A stretch of 64,000 nucleotides of DNA from an uncultured Spirochaetota bacterium (GTDB lineage Bacteria > Spirochaetota > Spirochaetia > JAFGXN01): NCBI GenBank assembly GCA_944390005.1, contig CALXOJ010000010.1, positions 610 through 64,609 of the forward strand, written 5' to 3'. Position numbers and translations under genes: made by a program. Each line of letters begins with the position of its first letter. Position 1 is the first letter of the stretch. Positions 36,973 through 47,443 of this stretch are shown piece by piece. Under the pieces are notes generated by a model. That model saw only the letters and a list, made by a program, of their open reading frames with translations. It was not told the DNA's origin and did no database searches.

Positions 36973-38085
36973 ATGCCGTCGTTTCCTATTGAAAGTTCCC
37001 GTTTGAAAAAAGCGGCGGAAACCGCTGTTCGCGAAAGTCTAAAAATCAAAAAAGATGAAACCGTCCTCATCATTACCAATCCGCAATCCGATGTATTGGA
37101 AATTTCGCAGGCGCTCTACAACGAATGTGAAGCGGTCGGTGCGCATCCCGTTTTGGCTGTTCAGCCGGAAAAAACATCGCTGGATTTTACCGAGAAGTCA
37201 GTGATTGGAGCAATTCAAACGGCGCCGGATGTGTTGATTTCCATGAGCAGTGAAAAAATGGGCAAAGATTTCGATGCAATCCGCAATCCCTATGATTGGG
37301 AAGGGAAAAAAATCGACAATACATTTCATTATTTGATGAAACGAAAACAAACCCGTTCATTTTGGTCTCCCGGAGTCACGAAAGAGCTGTTTGAAAAAAC
37401 GGTTCCGGTCGATTACGCTGAAATGAAACGCCGCTGTCTTGCTTTAAAAGAAAAGTTGGACGCCGCTGAAAAAGTTCATATTTCCACGGCGGCTGGAACC
37501 GACTTGGAAATCGGATTGCGCGGCCGTTTGGCGTTTGTCGATGACGGAGATTTTTCTGTTCCGGGGGAGGGCGGAAATCTGCCGGCAGGCGAAGCGTTTA
37601 TCTCGCCTGAAAAAGGAACGGCGCACGGGATTTTGGTTTTCGACGGCAGTATGGCGGTTCAAAATGGTACCGTTAAAATTGAAACGCCGATTGTCTGTAC
37701 CGTTGAAAACGGTTTTGTTGTTGGCGTTTCCGGAGGAAGAGAAGCCGATGCGCTGTCGGCAACGATTGAAGCGGGTGAAGCCGACAGTGTGCGGATGGGC
37801 AAAGACGGCACGCTGCCGCCTGAAACGGCGCAAGAGTACCGGAAAAATGCGCGGGCCCTCGGTGAGTTGGGCATCGGAGTCAATCCGGCCGCATTCATTT
37901 CCAGCAATATGCTGATTGACGAAAAGGCGTTTGAGACGTGCCACATCGCTATTGGCAGCAATTACGATGAAGACGCCCGAGCGCTGATCCATCTCGATGG
38001 AGTTTTGCTGAAACCGACAATCACCGCGTTTTTTGCCGACGGGGCAACTCAAATGCTGCTCGATTGCGGCCGCATCATCTGCTGA
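36973..38085 (+). CDS. M29-family aminopeptidase (aminopeptidase T/S-like)
   Basis: About 370 aa with GGNLPAGE and HIAIGSNY-type motifs. SD AGGAG upstream. Confidence 0.65.
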   Translation: MPSFPIESSRLKKAAETAVRESLKIKKDETVLIITNPQSDVLEISQALYNECEAVGAHPVLAVQPEKTSLDFTEKSVIGAIQTAPDVLISMSSEKMGKDFDAIRNPYDWEGKKIDNTFHYLMKRKQTRSFWSPGVTKELFEKTVPVDYAEMKRRCLALKEKLDAAEKVHISTAAGTDLEIGLRGRLAFVDDGDFSVPGEGGNLPAGEAFISPEKGTAHGILVFDGSMAVQNGTVKIETPIVCTVENGFVVGVSGGREADALSATIEAGEADSVRMGKDGTLPPETAQEYRKNARALGELGIGVNPAAFISSNMLIDEKAFETCHIAIGSNYDEDARALIHLDGVLLKPTITAFFADGATQMLLDCGRIIC

Positions 38086-38086
38086 C

Positions 38087-39394
38087 TCAGCCGACTTCTT
38101 TCTTTGGATAAATCCCCTCTTTTTTCCGATCGTTGAGCATTCGCTCCAGAAGTTCGTCATAAACGGGCGAGTCTCCGAGATAATTCGCGATACCGTAAGA
38201 AGTTAGAGCTGCGATGATCAAAGGAATGAGGTGGCTGAGTGAAGCGGTCATCTCTAAAATCAAAACACAGCCGGTAATCGGCGCTTTTGTCACTCCGGAA
38301 AAGAATGCGGTCATTCCCAGTGCGATGAAGAACGAACCGTAGATGTGAGGGTAATCGAAATAATTCACCAAAAGCAATTCGTAAGTTTTTCCGATGATAG
38401 CGCCAAGCATCAAAAGCGGTAAGAAAATGCCTCCCGGACTTCCGGAGCCGTAGCAGATTGCGGTAAAGAGCAGTTTGGCGGCGATCAGAATCAGCAGAAT
38501 CGGAACAGCGTACGATTCGGCCTTAATTTCCTGCAGAAGATCGTGACCGCTTCCCAACAGCAGCGGAAAACCTGCAAACAGAATGCCGGTCAGCCAAAAC
38601 GCCGGCAGCGGCCGCAGCAGCGGGCTTTTGATGCGGGCGTGCAGATCCTGCGATAGAAAAAGCGACTGATTGAAAATAACAGCCACCGTGCCGCAGACGA
38701 CACCGAGCGGAATCAGTAAAAAGTAATCCGAAACGGGAATCATGTTCGGAAAGGTGAATGAAAAAACCGGCAGCTGTCCCAGAATCGCTTCGGAAACGAT
38801 GCCGGCGGCAAGACACGAGAGGATTGCCGTCACTAAACTCGTGTGAGTCATTCGATTGCGGAGTTCTTCGAAGGTGAACAGAACGCCCGAAAGCGGCGCG
38901 CCGAATGCGGCTGTCAATCCGGCGGCGGAACCGGCTGTCAGCAGGCAGTCTTCCTCTTTTTGCGATTTGGCGAATTTTTTATTGACAGCGCACGCGGTCA
39001 GTCCGCCGAGCTGGATGGATGGCCCTTCTCTCCCGAGAGAAAGACCGCTGCCGAGAGCCAAAAGACCGCCGAAGAATTTTAACGGCAATTCGGGGAACCA
39101 TGATAGTTTAAAAAAGCCGCGCAGTCCGCCTTTAATTTGAGGAATTCCGCTGCCTTTTAACATCGGATACTTGGAAACCGTCGCTCCGATAATTAAAGCA
39201 GTTATTGTCAGTACCACAAAAATCGCAATATAAAAAAGCGGTTGTTTTTCGGCGGCATGGACAACAAACCAACGTCCTTCTGTCAGTTTAAGCAACAGAA
39301 AACGGTAAGCAGTCACAATCAACCCTGCCAAAAGACCGATAAACACGGCTTTCATGTATAGAAGTGTGTGTGTGGCTTCAAACGCTTTTCGCAT
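38087..39394 (-). CDS. ClC-family chloride channel / H+:Cl- antiporter
   Basis: GSGIPQIKG, GREGPSIQLG, GAPLSGVLFTFEE and GIFLP motifs. I prefer ATG 39394, because the listed TTG 39409 lies inside the -10 element. Confidence 0.9.
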   Translation of the reverse strand: MRKAFEATHTLLYMKAVFIGLLAGLIVTAYRFLLLKLTEGRWFVVHAAEKQPLFYIAIFVVLTITALIIGATVSKYPMLKGSGIPQIKGGLRGFFKLSWFPELPLKFFGGLLALGSGLSLGREGPSIQLGGLTACAVNKKFAKSQKEEDCLLTAGSAAGLTAAFGAPLSGVLFTFEELRNRMTHTSLVTAILSCLAAGIVSEAILGQLPVFSFTFPNMIPVSDYFLLIPLGVVCGTVAVIFNQSLFLSQDLHARIKSPLLRPLPAFWLTGILFAGFPLLLGSGHDLLQEIKAESYAVPILLILIAAKLLFTAICYGSGSPGGIFLPLLMLGAIIGKTYELLLVNYFDYPHIYGSFFIALGMTAFFSGVTKAPITGCVLILEMTASLSHLIPLIIAALTSYGIANYLGDSPVYDELLERMLNDRKKEGIYPKKEVG

Positions 39395-39399
39395 GAACC

Positions 39400-39408
39400 A
39401 TTCTATCA
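39400..39408 (-). promoter_or_regulatory. extended -10 promoter of the ClC gene; predicted leaderless mRNA
   Basis: On the minus strand: TGaTAGAAT (39408-39400), 5 nt, ATG at 39394. Confidence 0.5.
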
Positions 39409-39446
39409 AAAAAAGAAAAAAAGTTGTATCAATTCTAAAAAAACTA

Positions 39447-39475
39447 TTGAATTTTATAAAGATTCAAAATATAAT
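39447..39475 (+). promoter_or_regulatory. sigma70 promoter of the Fur-family gene; predicted leaderless mRNA
   Basis: TTGAAT (39447-52), 17 nt spacer, TATAAT (39470-75). The second ATG (39482) sits at the expected TSS. The palindrome ATAAT-atg-ATTAT spans 39471-39483. Confidence 0.6.
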
Positions 39476-39481
39476 ATGATT

Positions 39482-39880
39482 ATGAAAAACGTAAAATTGT
39501 TATTAGAAAGCAAAAACATTCGTCCTTCTTTTCAGAGATTGAAAATTTATAAACTCTTGGCAGAGACAAAAGAACACCCGTCCGTAGAAACAATCTATAA
39601 TGAGTTAAAAGAAGAAATTCCTTCACTTTCAAAGATGACAATCTACAATACTTTGGAGTTGTTTGTCGAAAAAAAATTAGCGCGTTTAATCACCATCGAA
39701 GAGAATGAAGCTCGTTTTGACGCCATTACAACCATTCACGGACACTTTAAGTGCACCAAATGCGGACGTATTCTCGATTTTCCGATTGACGAATCTTTAT
39801 TACCGAATCCGGGCAACGGCTTCACGGTTAACGATGTTGATTTTTTTGTAAGAGGCATCTGTCCCGGTTGTCGGAATTAA
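39482..39880 (+). CDS. Fur-family transcriptional regulator (PerR/Zur-like)
   Basis: Winged helix (RPSFQRLKIYKLL...HPSVETIY), then HGHFKCTKCG and a C-terminal CPGC. An alternative ATG lies at 39476. The listed ORF start 39368 is implausible. Confidence 0.85.
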   Translation: MKNVKLLLESKNIRPSFQRLKIYKLLAETKEHPSVETIYNELKEEIPSLSKMTIYNTLELFVEKKLARLITIEENEARFDAITTIHGHFKCTKCGRILDFPIDESLLPNPGNGFTVNDVDFFVRGICPGCRN

Positions 39881-39928
39881 ATGACATTGACCGATTTCGT
39901 CAAACAACGAGACCGGTCAATGAATTTG

Positions 39929-42439
39929 CTACTTTATAATCAAATTAACGATGCGATTAGGAACATAAACTGTTTTGACAACAGTCTTTCCTTCTGTCAG
40001 AGAATTGATTTTCGAATCGGCAGCGAGCGTTTTCTTCATTTCCTCTTCGGTTAAGTCGCGGGGAACGGTCAGTTTGCTGCGGACTTTTCCGTTGATTTGG
40101 ACAACCAATGTCACTTCGCTGTCTACCGTGTAAGCGTCGTCAAACGACGGATAGGGTTGATTGGCAACAGAAGGTTTTCCTCCGAGTCTTTCCCACAGCT
40201 CTTCCGCTAAGTGCGGCGCATACGGTGCTAAAATCAGCACAAACGGTTCCCAAATGGCTCGCGGAACCGTTTCTTCACCCGTGACGGCGTTAACGAAAAT
40301 CATCATTTGTGCAATTGCCGTGTTAAAATCGAGATTTTCCGTATCGGTTTTGACTTTTTTAACGGTTTTGTTGAGAATTTTCAATTGTTCGTCTGTCGGA
40401 ACGGCGTCGGTTATCGGTTTTTCGGCGATACGCCAAATGCGTTCGAGAAAACGGTGAACGCCGGCCAAACCTTCGGTTTGCCACGGTTTGGAAACGGAGA
40501 GCGGTCCCATAAACATTTCATAGAGCCGCATGGAATCCGCCCCATAGTCGCGAATGATGTCGTCGGGATTGATGACATTTTTCAACGATTTCGACATTTT
40601 AGCGATGACTTTTTCCAGTTTTTCGCCCGTGCCTTTTTCGATGTAAGTATCGGGAGCAATTTCTTCAACACAATCGGCTGCGACCAATGTTTTATTTTTA
40701 CGCTGATAGGCAAACGATGTAATCATTCCTTGATTGATTAAACGTTTAAACGGTTCGGAATCTTTGACCAGACCGAGGTCGTAAAAAACTTTGTGCCAGA
40801 ATCGAGAATAAAGCAGGTGCAGTACAGCGTGCTCGGCTCCGCCGACGTAAAGATCAACCGGCATCCAGTATGCTTCTTTTTTGGGATCGACAAAGGCCTT
40901 GCTGTTGTGCGGATCGATGTAACGCAGATAGTACCAGCAGGAACCGGCCCATTGCGGCATAGTATTGGTTTCCCGTTTAGCGGCGCTTCCGCATTTCGGA
41001 CAGACGGTGTTGACCCATTCGTCGATAGCTGCTAACGGCGATTCTCCTGTTCCGGTCGGTTCGTAGCGTTGCACTTGCGGCAGTCGGAGCGGTAATTGAT
41101 TTTCGGGAACAGCGACTGTTCCGCAATGCGGACAGTGAATCAGAGGTATCGGTTCTCCCCAGTAGCGCTGCCGTGAAAAAATCCAATCGCGCAGTTTGTA
41201 GTTGACAGTCCGCTCTCCGACTCCTTTTTTTTCAAGGAATTCGATAATTTTTTCAATGGCAGTCGGTTTGTCGAGTCCGTTGAGAAACTCGGAGTTGATG
41301 TGAATTCCATCTTCCGTAAACGCTTCTTTTTCAATGTCGCCGCCTTCGAGTACCTGAATCATCGGCAAATCGAATTTTTTTGCAAACTCCCAGTCGCGCT
41401 GATCGTGTGCCGGAACCGCCATGATGGCGCCCGTTCCGTAGGAAATTAAAATGTAGTCGGAAATCCAAATCGGAATTTCTTTACCGTTGACGGGATTGAC
41501 AGCGTACGAACCCGTAAACACACCGGTTTTGTCCTTTGCCAAATCGGTGCGCTCCAAGTCAGATTTTAACGCAGCTTTTTTTCGATAGTCGTCGACCGCG
41601 GTCTTTTGCGGAGCCGTCGTCAAAGCGTCGGTCAGCGGATGTTCGGGCGCAATCACCATGTAAGTGGCGCCGAAAAGCGTATCGGGCCGGGTTGTGTAAA
41701 CTTCAAGAAATCCGCCGCCCTGCGCCAATTCGAAGCGGACGTTTGCGCCCTGCGAGCGTCCGATCCAGTTGCGCTGCATCGTTTTTACCGACTCGGGCCA
41801 ATCCAAATTTTCCAGTCCGGACAGGAGCTGTTCGGCATAAGCGGTGATTTTCAAAACCCACTGCCGCAGATTTTTTCTCGTGACCTGAGCGCCGCAGCGC
41901 TCGCAGAAACCGTCTTTGACCTCTTCGTTCGCCAGACCGGTTTTGCAGTCGGGGCACCAGTTAATCGGCATATCGGATTCATATGCCAGTCCTTTTTCAA
42001 ACAGTTTGAGAAAGAGCCACTGCGTCCAGCGGTAATACTCCTCTTCATGAGTCGAAATTTCCCGCGACCAATCGTAACAGAAACCGAGCCGCTTAATTTG
42101 CGTGCGAAAGCGTTCAATGTTGGCTTCTGTCGTCACTTTCGGGTGGGTTCCGGTTTTAATGGCGTAATTTTCCGCCGGCAGTCCGAATGAATCGAATCCC
42201 ATCGGATGGAGGACGTTGAATCCGTTCATCCGAAGATAACGGCAGTAAATGTCGGTCGCAGTGTAGCCTTCGGGATGACCGACGTGCAATCCGGCTCCCG
42301 ATGGATATGGAAACATATCCAAAACATAGCGCCGCTTTTCTTTCGGAAAAGATTCGTCTTCAGTAACACGGAACGTCTGATTTTCATCCCAGAATTTTTG
42401 CCATTTTTTTTCGATAGAAGAGAAGTCGTATTTACTCAT
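39929..42439 (-). CDS. leuS: leucine--tRNA ligase
   Basis: Starts [19 protein letters not shown]; HVGH-type motif [14 protein letters not shown] and KMSKS. The listed ORF extends 63 codons further upstream, which is unlikely. Confidence 0.93.
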   Translation of the reverse strand: MSKYDFSSIEKKWQKFWDENQTFRVTEDESFPKEKRRYVLDMFPYPSGAGLHVGHPEGYTATDIYCRYLRMNGFNVLHPMGFDSFGLPAENYAIKTGTHPKVTTEANIERFRTQIKRLGFCYDWSREISTHEEEYYRWTQWLFLKLFEKGLAYESDMPINWCPDCKTGLANEEVKDGFCERCGAQVTRKNLRQWVLKITAYAEQLLSGLENLDWPESVKTMQRNWIGRSQGANVRFELAQGGGFLEVYTTRPDTLFGATYMVIAPEHPLTDALTTAPQKTAVDDYRKKAALKSDLERTDLAKDKTGVFTGSYAVNPVNGKEIPIWISDYILISYGTGAIMAVPAHDQRDWEFAKKFDLPMIQVLEGGDIEKEAFTEDGIHINSEFLNGLDKPTAIEKIIEFLEKKGVGERTVNYKLRDWIFSRQRYWGEPIPLIHCPHCGTVAVPENQLPLRLPQVQRYEPTGTGESPLAAIDEWVNTVCPKCGSAAKRETNTMPQWAGSCWYYLRYIDPHNSKAFVDPKKEAYWMPVDLYVGGAEHAVLHLLYSRFWHKVFYDLGLVKDSEPFKRLINQGMITSFAYQRKNKTLVAADCVEEIAPDTYIEKGTGEKLEKVIAKMSKSLKNVINPDDIIRDYGADSMRLYEMFMGPLSVSKPWQTEGLAGVHRFLERIWRIAEKPITDAVPTDEQLKILNKTVKKVKTDTENLDFNTAIAQMMIFVNAVTGEETVPRAIWEPFVLILAPYAPHLAEELWERLGGKPSVANQPYPSFDDAYTVDSEVTLVVQINGKVRSKLTVPRDLTEEEMKKTLAADSKINSLTEGKTVVKTVYVPNRIVNLIIK

Positions 42440-42482
42440 GGTTTTATAATAGCGGAAAACGGCTGCCTTTTCAAGCGTCCTG

Positions 42483-43895
42483 TTATCGGAGCCGGTAAAC
42501 GCGGTCGGCTTTGACAATTTCGACAGAGGGCCAGCCTTCGTTAAGCAGCCGTTTTTGCAATGCTTCCTGCGCGTCGGGTTCGCCGTGAACCAGAAAAATC
42601 CCTTTTGTTCGTGAATCATCGCCTTCATTCAGCCACTCGATGATTTCCCGGTAATCGGCGTGAGCGCTGAATGCATTGATTTCCTGAATGTCGGCGCGGA
42701 CGGGGTAAGTCTCTCCGAAAATTTTAACTTCTTCCGCACGGTTTTTGATGCGGCGGCCGAGAGTGTTTGCAGCCATGTATCCGACAATGAGAACCGTGTT
42801 TTCTTTGCGGCTGATGTTGTTGGCTAAATGATGAAGGATACGGCCGGCTTCACACATTCCGTCGGCGCTGATGATAATCATCGGACCGTCTTTTTCATTG
42901 AGTCGTTTGGAATCCTCGACATTGGAGACAAAAGTCAATGCATTGAATCCAAACGGATTTTTATGGTGTTTCAGAAAGGCGTCGTAGGTTTCCGTATCGT
43001 AACATTCGGGGTGAACCTGAAAAATAGAGGTTGCGTTGACCGCCATCGGAGAATCGACATAGATCGGAATTTCCGGAACGGCGCCCGCATCTTGTAAAAG
43101 GTGAAAATAGTAAATCAGTTCCTGAGTGCGTTCGACAGCAAACGCAGGAATGATGATTTTACCGCGAGTTTGAACAATGCGCGTTACCGCTTTTCCGAGA
43201 AGGGCCAGCGCTTCGTCGTTGCTTTCGTGAAGACGGTTCCCGTAAGTGCTTTCCAAAACGACGTAATCGGCAGCCGGCATTGAATCGGGATCTCGGATAA
43301 TCGGTTTATTTTTTCTGCCCAAATCGCCGGAAAAGAGGATGCGCACCTCGTTTTCCTTGCCTTCGTAAATTGTGAAGAGAACCATCGCAGAGCCGAGAAT
43401 GTGCCCGGCATCGAAAAATTCGATTTTTACGTCGGATCCAATGGCAATCGGTCGGTGATAAGAAATTCCGACGGTTTGGTTTGAGACGGCGGTCACATCT
43501 GCTTCGGTAAAAAGCGGCTGCCAATCAAATTCTTCGCCGCGTGCGGCCGCTTTTTTTCGTAAAAACTCCGCGTCGCGTGCCTGAATATGCGCACTGTCCA
43601 TCATAATGAGATTGGCCAGGCTGCGCGTGGCCGGAGTAGCGTAAATATTGCCTTTATATCCCTTTTTGACAAGATACGGCAGAAGTCCGCAGTGATCGTA
43701 GTGTGCATGCGTCAGTACAACTGCCTCGATTTTTTCGGGAGGAATTTTTAAATCCCGGTTTTTTTTGTCGGCAACGGCGCGCTTGCCTTGAAAAGCTCCG
43801 CAGTCAATCAGATAAGACCGTCCGTCGACTTCCAGAATGTGTTTGGAGCCCGTAACCTCTTCAACGGCTCCCAATGAGTAAAGTGTAACGCTCAT
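42483..43895 (-). CDS. metallo-beta-lactamase / beta-CASP family RNA-metabolising nuclease
   Basis: HAHYDHCG motif, beta-CASP layout, about 470 aa. Confidence 0.8.
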   Translation of the reverse strand: MSVTLYSLGAVEEVTGSKHILEVDGRSYLIDCGAFQGKRAVADKKNRDLKIPPEKIEAVVLTHAHYDHCGLLPYLVKKGYKGNIYATPATRSLANLIMMDSAHIQARDAEFLRKKAAARGEEFDWQPLFTEADVTAVSNQTVGISYHRPIAIGSDVKIEFFDAGHILGSAMVLFTIYEGKENEVRILFSGDLGRKNKPIIRDPDSMPAADYVVLESTYGNRLHESNDEALALLGKAVTRIVQTRGKIIIPAFAVERTQELIYYFHLLQDAGAVPEIPIYVDSPMAVNATSIFQVHPECYDTETYDAFLKHHKNPFGFNALTFVSNVEDSKRLNEKDGPMIIISADGMCEAGRILHHLANNISRKENTVLIVGYMAANTLGRRIKNRAEEVKIFGETYPVRADIQEINAFSAHADYREIIEWLNEGDDSRTKGIFLVHGEPDAQEALQKRLLNEGWPSVEIVKADRVYRLR

Positions 43896-43964
43896 GATGT
43901 CCTCCGTTTGAATTCTAACGCTTCAAAAAGAGGAATGCAAGCGTTTTTCGGCAGGTCAACGATT

Positions 43965-45134
43965 TTACGAAAGCGCGCGGGCGATTTCGTCAGCTTTGTC
44001 GGTTTTTTCCCAAGGAAGCCCCGGTTTGCCGAAGTGACCGTAAAACGTCGTTTGTTTGTAAATCGGTCGTCGTAAATCCAGCGCTTTGATAATTCCCGCC
44101 GGAGAGAGATCAAACATCTCCTGAACCAACGCTGTCAGCTTCGTTTCATCCGTTGCTGAAGTTCCGAAAGTATCGACCATCACCGAAACCGGCTGCGGAT
44201 AACCGATGGCGTAAGCCAGCTGCAGCTCGCATCGTTCGCAGACGCCGGAAGCCACAATGTTTTTTGCAATGTAGCGCGCCATATACGCGGCCGACCGGTC
44301 AACCTTGCTGGGGTCTTTTCCGGAGAAAGAACCGCCGCCGTGTCTTCCCATTCCGCCGTAGGTGTCGACGATGAGTTTGCGTCCGGTCAGTCCCGAATCG
44401 CCGTGAGGTCCGCCGATGACGAATTTTCCGGTCGGATTAATCAGATACTTCGTTTCTTTTGTCAGAAGCCCCGTCGGTTCCAAAACCGGTTTGATGATTT
44501 CATTGATAATCGTCCGTTCAATTTCGGCGTAAGAAACGTCTTCGTCATGCTGATGCGAAACGATAACGGTATCGACGGCAATCGGTTTATGGTTTTCATA
44601 AAGAATTGAAACCTGACTTTTCGAATCGGGCCGCAGCCAACGAATCGAACCTTCTTTCCGCAATGCCGACGCCCGTTTCAAAATCGTGTGCGAAAATTGA
44701 AGCGGCGCCGGCATTAATTCCGGCGTTTCGTTGCAGGCAAAACCGAACATCATGCCCTGATCGCCGGCGCCCTGCGCTTTGAACAAACCGGTTCCCGTTA
44801 CGCCTTGCGCAATGTCGGGCGATTGACTGTGAATGCGGTTTTCCCAGTGAAATGTCGCTGCATTAAATTTGTATTCTTCTTTATTGTAGCCGATGGAAGC
44901 AACAGCTTCGCGGACGATTTTTTCGATAGGAAGAGCTTCAAATTTTTCAGGAGACAGACTGATTTCTCCTCCCGTCAAAACGAAGTCGGTCGTTGTAAAC
45001 GTTTCGCAAGCCGTCCGGCACTGCGGATCCGCTTCCAGGCAGGCGTCCAAAATCGAATCGGAGATGAAATCCGCCACTTTATCAGGGTGTCCTTCACTAA
45101 CCGATTCTGAGGTAAACAAATAACGGTTCTTCAT
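43965..45134 (-). CDS. metK: S-adenosylmethionine synthetase
   Basis: [20 protein letters not shown] and [16 protein letters not shown] motifs. Confidence 0.95.
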   Translation of the reverse strand: MKNRYLFTSESVSEGHPDKVADFISDSILDACLEADPQCRTACETFTTTDFVLTGGEISLSPEKFEALPIEKIVREAVASIGYNKEEYKFNAATFHWENRIHSQSPDIAQGVTGTGLFKAQGAGDQGMMFGFACNETPELMPAPLQFSHTILKRASALRKEGSIRWLRPDSKSQVSILYENHKPIAVDTVIVSHQHDEDVSYAEIERTIINEIIKPVLEPTGLLTKETKYLINPTGKFVIGGPHGDSGLTGRKLIVDTYGGMGRHGGGSFSGKDPSKVDRSAAYMARYIAKNIVASGVCERCELQLAYAIGYPQPVSVMVDTFGTSATDETKLTALVQEMFDLSPAGIIKALDLRRPIYKQTTFYGHFGKPGLPWEKTDKADEIARALS

Positions 45135-45274
45135 AAATACCTTCCTTGTTCTGTCAATCGAAAAACAGTTTGACCGATCGATTCACTGTAAATATAATAA
45201 ACCAAAAATAAACATTTGACCATAGTTTTATTTTAATATACAATAAAATTGACGGAGAAATTCCGGTTTAAATT

Positions 45275-46429
45275 ATGGAATTTTATATTACGCTGTTTTT
45301 GATTTCTGTCGGTTCCGCTTTTCTGTCGAATATTATTATTACTCCGATTTTGATCGCGTTGGCAAGAAAATATCAATGGTATGACTCTACAAATGAACGG
45401 AAAATTCACATCAGTCCGACGCCTCGTATCGGCGGAGTCGGCGTTTTTATTTCATTTATCATCGGAATTTCTGTGTTCTTCTTTTTGTCGCAGCAGCGGC
45501 CTGAAATTGAAGTGGGGTTGGATGCCGTCAAATTTGCTGCATTGGTAACCGCTATCGTCGGGATTTTTATCGTCGGCATTTGCGATGATTATTTGAATTT
45601 GAGCGCTAAACTGAAATTCGGAATTCAGGCGCTGTTAACGGTGATTCTTATCAGCTCCGGATTTCGTTTTAAAGAAATTTATATTCCGTTTATTCAGTAC
45701 ACGCTGCCTTTGGGACTTTTTTCTTACCCGCTGACGTTTATTTGGATTGTCGGCGTCAGCAACGCCATTAATTTGATTGACGGTATGGACGGTTTAGCCG
45801 GCGGATTGTCGTGTTTTGGTTTGGTTAGCGTCGGATTGTATTCGCTTGTGTTGAACGATATCGGTTTATCGATTTTGGCGTTTACGCTGGCCGGTTCGCT
45901 TTTGGCGTTTTTAATTTTCAATTTTCCGCCGGCAAAGATTTTTATGGGCGACGCCGGCAGCTATGTTGTTGGGCTGACGCTGGCGGTTGTTCCGTTGGCT
46001 AACAATCCTCAATATGACTCAGTGACGCTTTATTTGGCGATTACTGTTTGCATCATTCCGATTTTTGACACGTTTTCTTCAATGATTCGACGTATGTTTT
46101 TTTACCGTGTTTCGTTTTTTACTCCCGATAAAGAACATACGCACCATAAAATGCTGAATTTGGGTTTATCGACTTTGCAGGTACTGACGATTGTTTATTT
46201 GATTTGCGCTTGTCTTTGCGGGGCGGCGTTGTTATGGTCGTTGTATCAAACAGATTGGTCGTTGATGCTGATTGTTTGCGTTTGGGGAGCCGTGGGAATT
46301 TTTTTTCTGGCGCTGTCGCACGATTTCAAAAAGTACTTTAAAAATGATCCCGAAGCGCAGCGTTTTTACGAATTAAAACGGCAGCAGCAGATTAAAGCGG
46401 CTCAAAAAGAACAAAACGAATCGAAATAG
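45275..46429 (+). CDS. glycosyltransferase family 4 polyprenyl-phosphate sugar-1-phosphate transferase (WecA/MraY-like)
   Basis: NAINLIDGMDGLAGG and MGDAGS motifs; polytopic membrane protein. Confidence 0.85.
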   Translation: MEFYITLFLISVGSAFLSNIIITPILIALARKYQWYDSTNERKIHISPTPRIGGVGVFISFIIGISVFFFLSQQRPEIEVGLDAVKFAALVTAIVGIFIVGICDDYLNLSAKLKFGIQALLTVILISSGFRFKEIYIPFIQYTLPLGLFSYPLTFIWIVGVSNAINLIDGMDGLAGGLSCFGLVSVGLYSLVLNDIGLSILAFTLAGSLLAFLIFNFPPAKIFMGDAGSYVVGLTLAVVPLANNPQYDSVTLYLAITVCIIPIFDTFSSMIRRMFFYRVSFFTPDKEHTHHKMLNLGLSTLQVLTIVYLICACLCGAALLWSLYQTDWSLMLIVCVWGAVGIFFLALSHDFKKYFKNDPEAQRFYELKRQQQIKAAQKEQNESK

Positions 46430-46456
46430 CCGAAGCAATTCGGAAGGAGTGACGAT

Positions 46457-47050
46457 ATGGGAAACAAAATTATCACGATTGCCCGCGAATATGGTTGCGG
46501 CGGACGGTTGATTGCCAAAAAATTGGCCGACCGATTGGGCTTCGATTATTATGACAGCGATTTGATTTCGCTGGCAGCCGAAAAAACCGGCATGACCGAG
46601 GCGTATATCAAAGAAATCGAACAAAAAAAAGTCAGCAATTTTTTATATACGCTTTTTCTTTCGGGACAGTCGCTGACATTGGCCGATCAGGTGTTTATTG
46701 CGCAGGCGGAAATCATTCGTGCGGCAGCCGAAAAAAATTCATCGGTTTTTGTCGGCAGATGCGCCGATTATATCCTGAAAGATTTTCCCGACTGCGTCAA
46801 CCTTTTTCTCTATGCGCCGGCAGACGTCCGCATCCGTCGGGTTTGTGAAGAGTACCGGGAATCCGATCCGGCTCAGGCAGAATTGTACATAACCCGTAAA
46901 GACAAGGAACGCGCTTCGTATTACAATTACTTTTCAACCAATACATGGGGAAATTACAAAAATTATGATTTATGCATCGATTGCCAAATCGGTGTGGATG
47001 CGACAGTTGATTTAATTGCGGACTTTATGAAACTCAAATTTCCGCAATAA
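46457..47050 (+). CDS. cytidylate kinase-like family protein
   Basis: The ITIAREYGCGG N-terminus is typical of the Cytidylate_kin2 family. SD AAGGAG upstream. Confidence 0.7.
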   Translation: MGNKIITIAREYGCGGRLIAKKLADRLGFDYYDSDLISLAAEKTGMTEAYIKEIEQKKVSNFLYTLFLSGQSLTLADQVFIAQAEIIRAAAEKNSSVFVGRCADYILKDFPDCVNLFLYAPADVRIRRVCEEYRESDPAQAELYITRKDKERASYYNYFSTNTWGNYKNYDLCIDCQIGVDATVDLIADFMKLKFPQ

Positions 47051-47052
47051 AT

Positions 47053-47096
47053 TTTTCGGAGAAAATTTTTTTTCCGAAAACTCTTTTCATTTTTTT
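47053..47096 (+). terminator. rho-independent terminator
   Basis: Stem ttttcgga (47053-60) pairs with tccgaaaa (47073-80), followed by a T-rich tail. Confidence 0.6.
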
Positions 47097-47106
47097 GATA
47101 ACGGCA

Positions 47107-47112
47107 TAGAAT
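47107..47112 (+). promoter_or_regulatory. -10 box of the V-ATPase operon; predicted leaderless mRNA
   Basis: TTTTCA (47084-89), 17 nt spacer, TAGAAT (47107-12), 6 nt, ATG at 47119. No SD. Confidence 0.45.
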
Positions 47113-47118
47113 ATATAT

Positions 47119-47439
47119 ATGAAAGAAATTTTCAATCAAGTCATCGAGAAAGAAAAAGACGCCGATTCGAAAATTCAAGATGCCAAAGATCGGGCTTCCG
47201 CTTTGCTTCTGAGCGTGGAGGCAGAAAACCGCGAAAAAATCAAACTGCATCGCGAAGCATTGCAGGCAAAATACAACGAAGAAATTCAAGCTTTTACCGA
47301 TCAGGTCAAAGCAAACGAAGAAAAGTGTCGGCGGGAGGCCGAACAACGGCTTTCCGAAGAGTTAGGTCATCGGGGCGAGATTGTTTCCCGTTGCGCCGAA
47401 AGGGTTTTCGAGATTTTAATCGGTAATCGGGCGGAGTAG
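47119..47439 (+). CDS. small coiled-coil protein, probable V/A-ATPase peripheral-stalk subunit (G/H-like)
   Basis: 106 aa, charged and helical, in the first position of the V-ATPase operon. Confidence 0.5.
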   Translation: MKEIFNQVIEKEKDADSKIQDAKDRASALLLSVEAENREKIKLHREALQAKYNEEIQAFTDQVKANEEKCRREAEQRLSEELGHRGEIVSRCAERVFEILIGNRAE

Positions 47440-47443
47440 AGCA

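Noticed and set aside
39395-39475. A possible fluoride (crcB-motif) riboswitch upstream of the ClC gene.
   Set aside because: The intergenic region is only 87 nt, AT-rich and occupied by two promoters, with no conserved riboswitch core. ClC also has the canonical GSGIP/GREGP chloride-type motifs.
39885-39922. The inverted repeat attgaccg...cggtcaat between the Fur-family gene and leuS, considered as a bidirectional terminator.
   Set aside because: The loop is about 20 nt and no T run follows on either strand. That is too weak to call.
42440-42628. An N-terminal 63-codon extension of leuS in the listed ORF. Comparable listed extensions exist for aspA (59679..59807), the Fur gene (39368..39481), atpB (53542..53619), the EIIA gene (56090..56173) and WecG (18838..18900).
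   Set aside because: The conserved protein N-termini begin at internal ATGs that have SDs, ATGA overlaps or -10 boxes. The extensions overlap upstream genes or promoter elements.
45135-45274. A possible SAM riboswitch upstream of metK.
   Set aside because: The leader is short and AT-rich, with an SD close to the ATG. I saw none of the conserved SAM-I, SAM-II or SAM-V helices or motifs.
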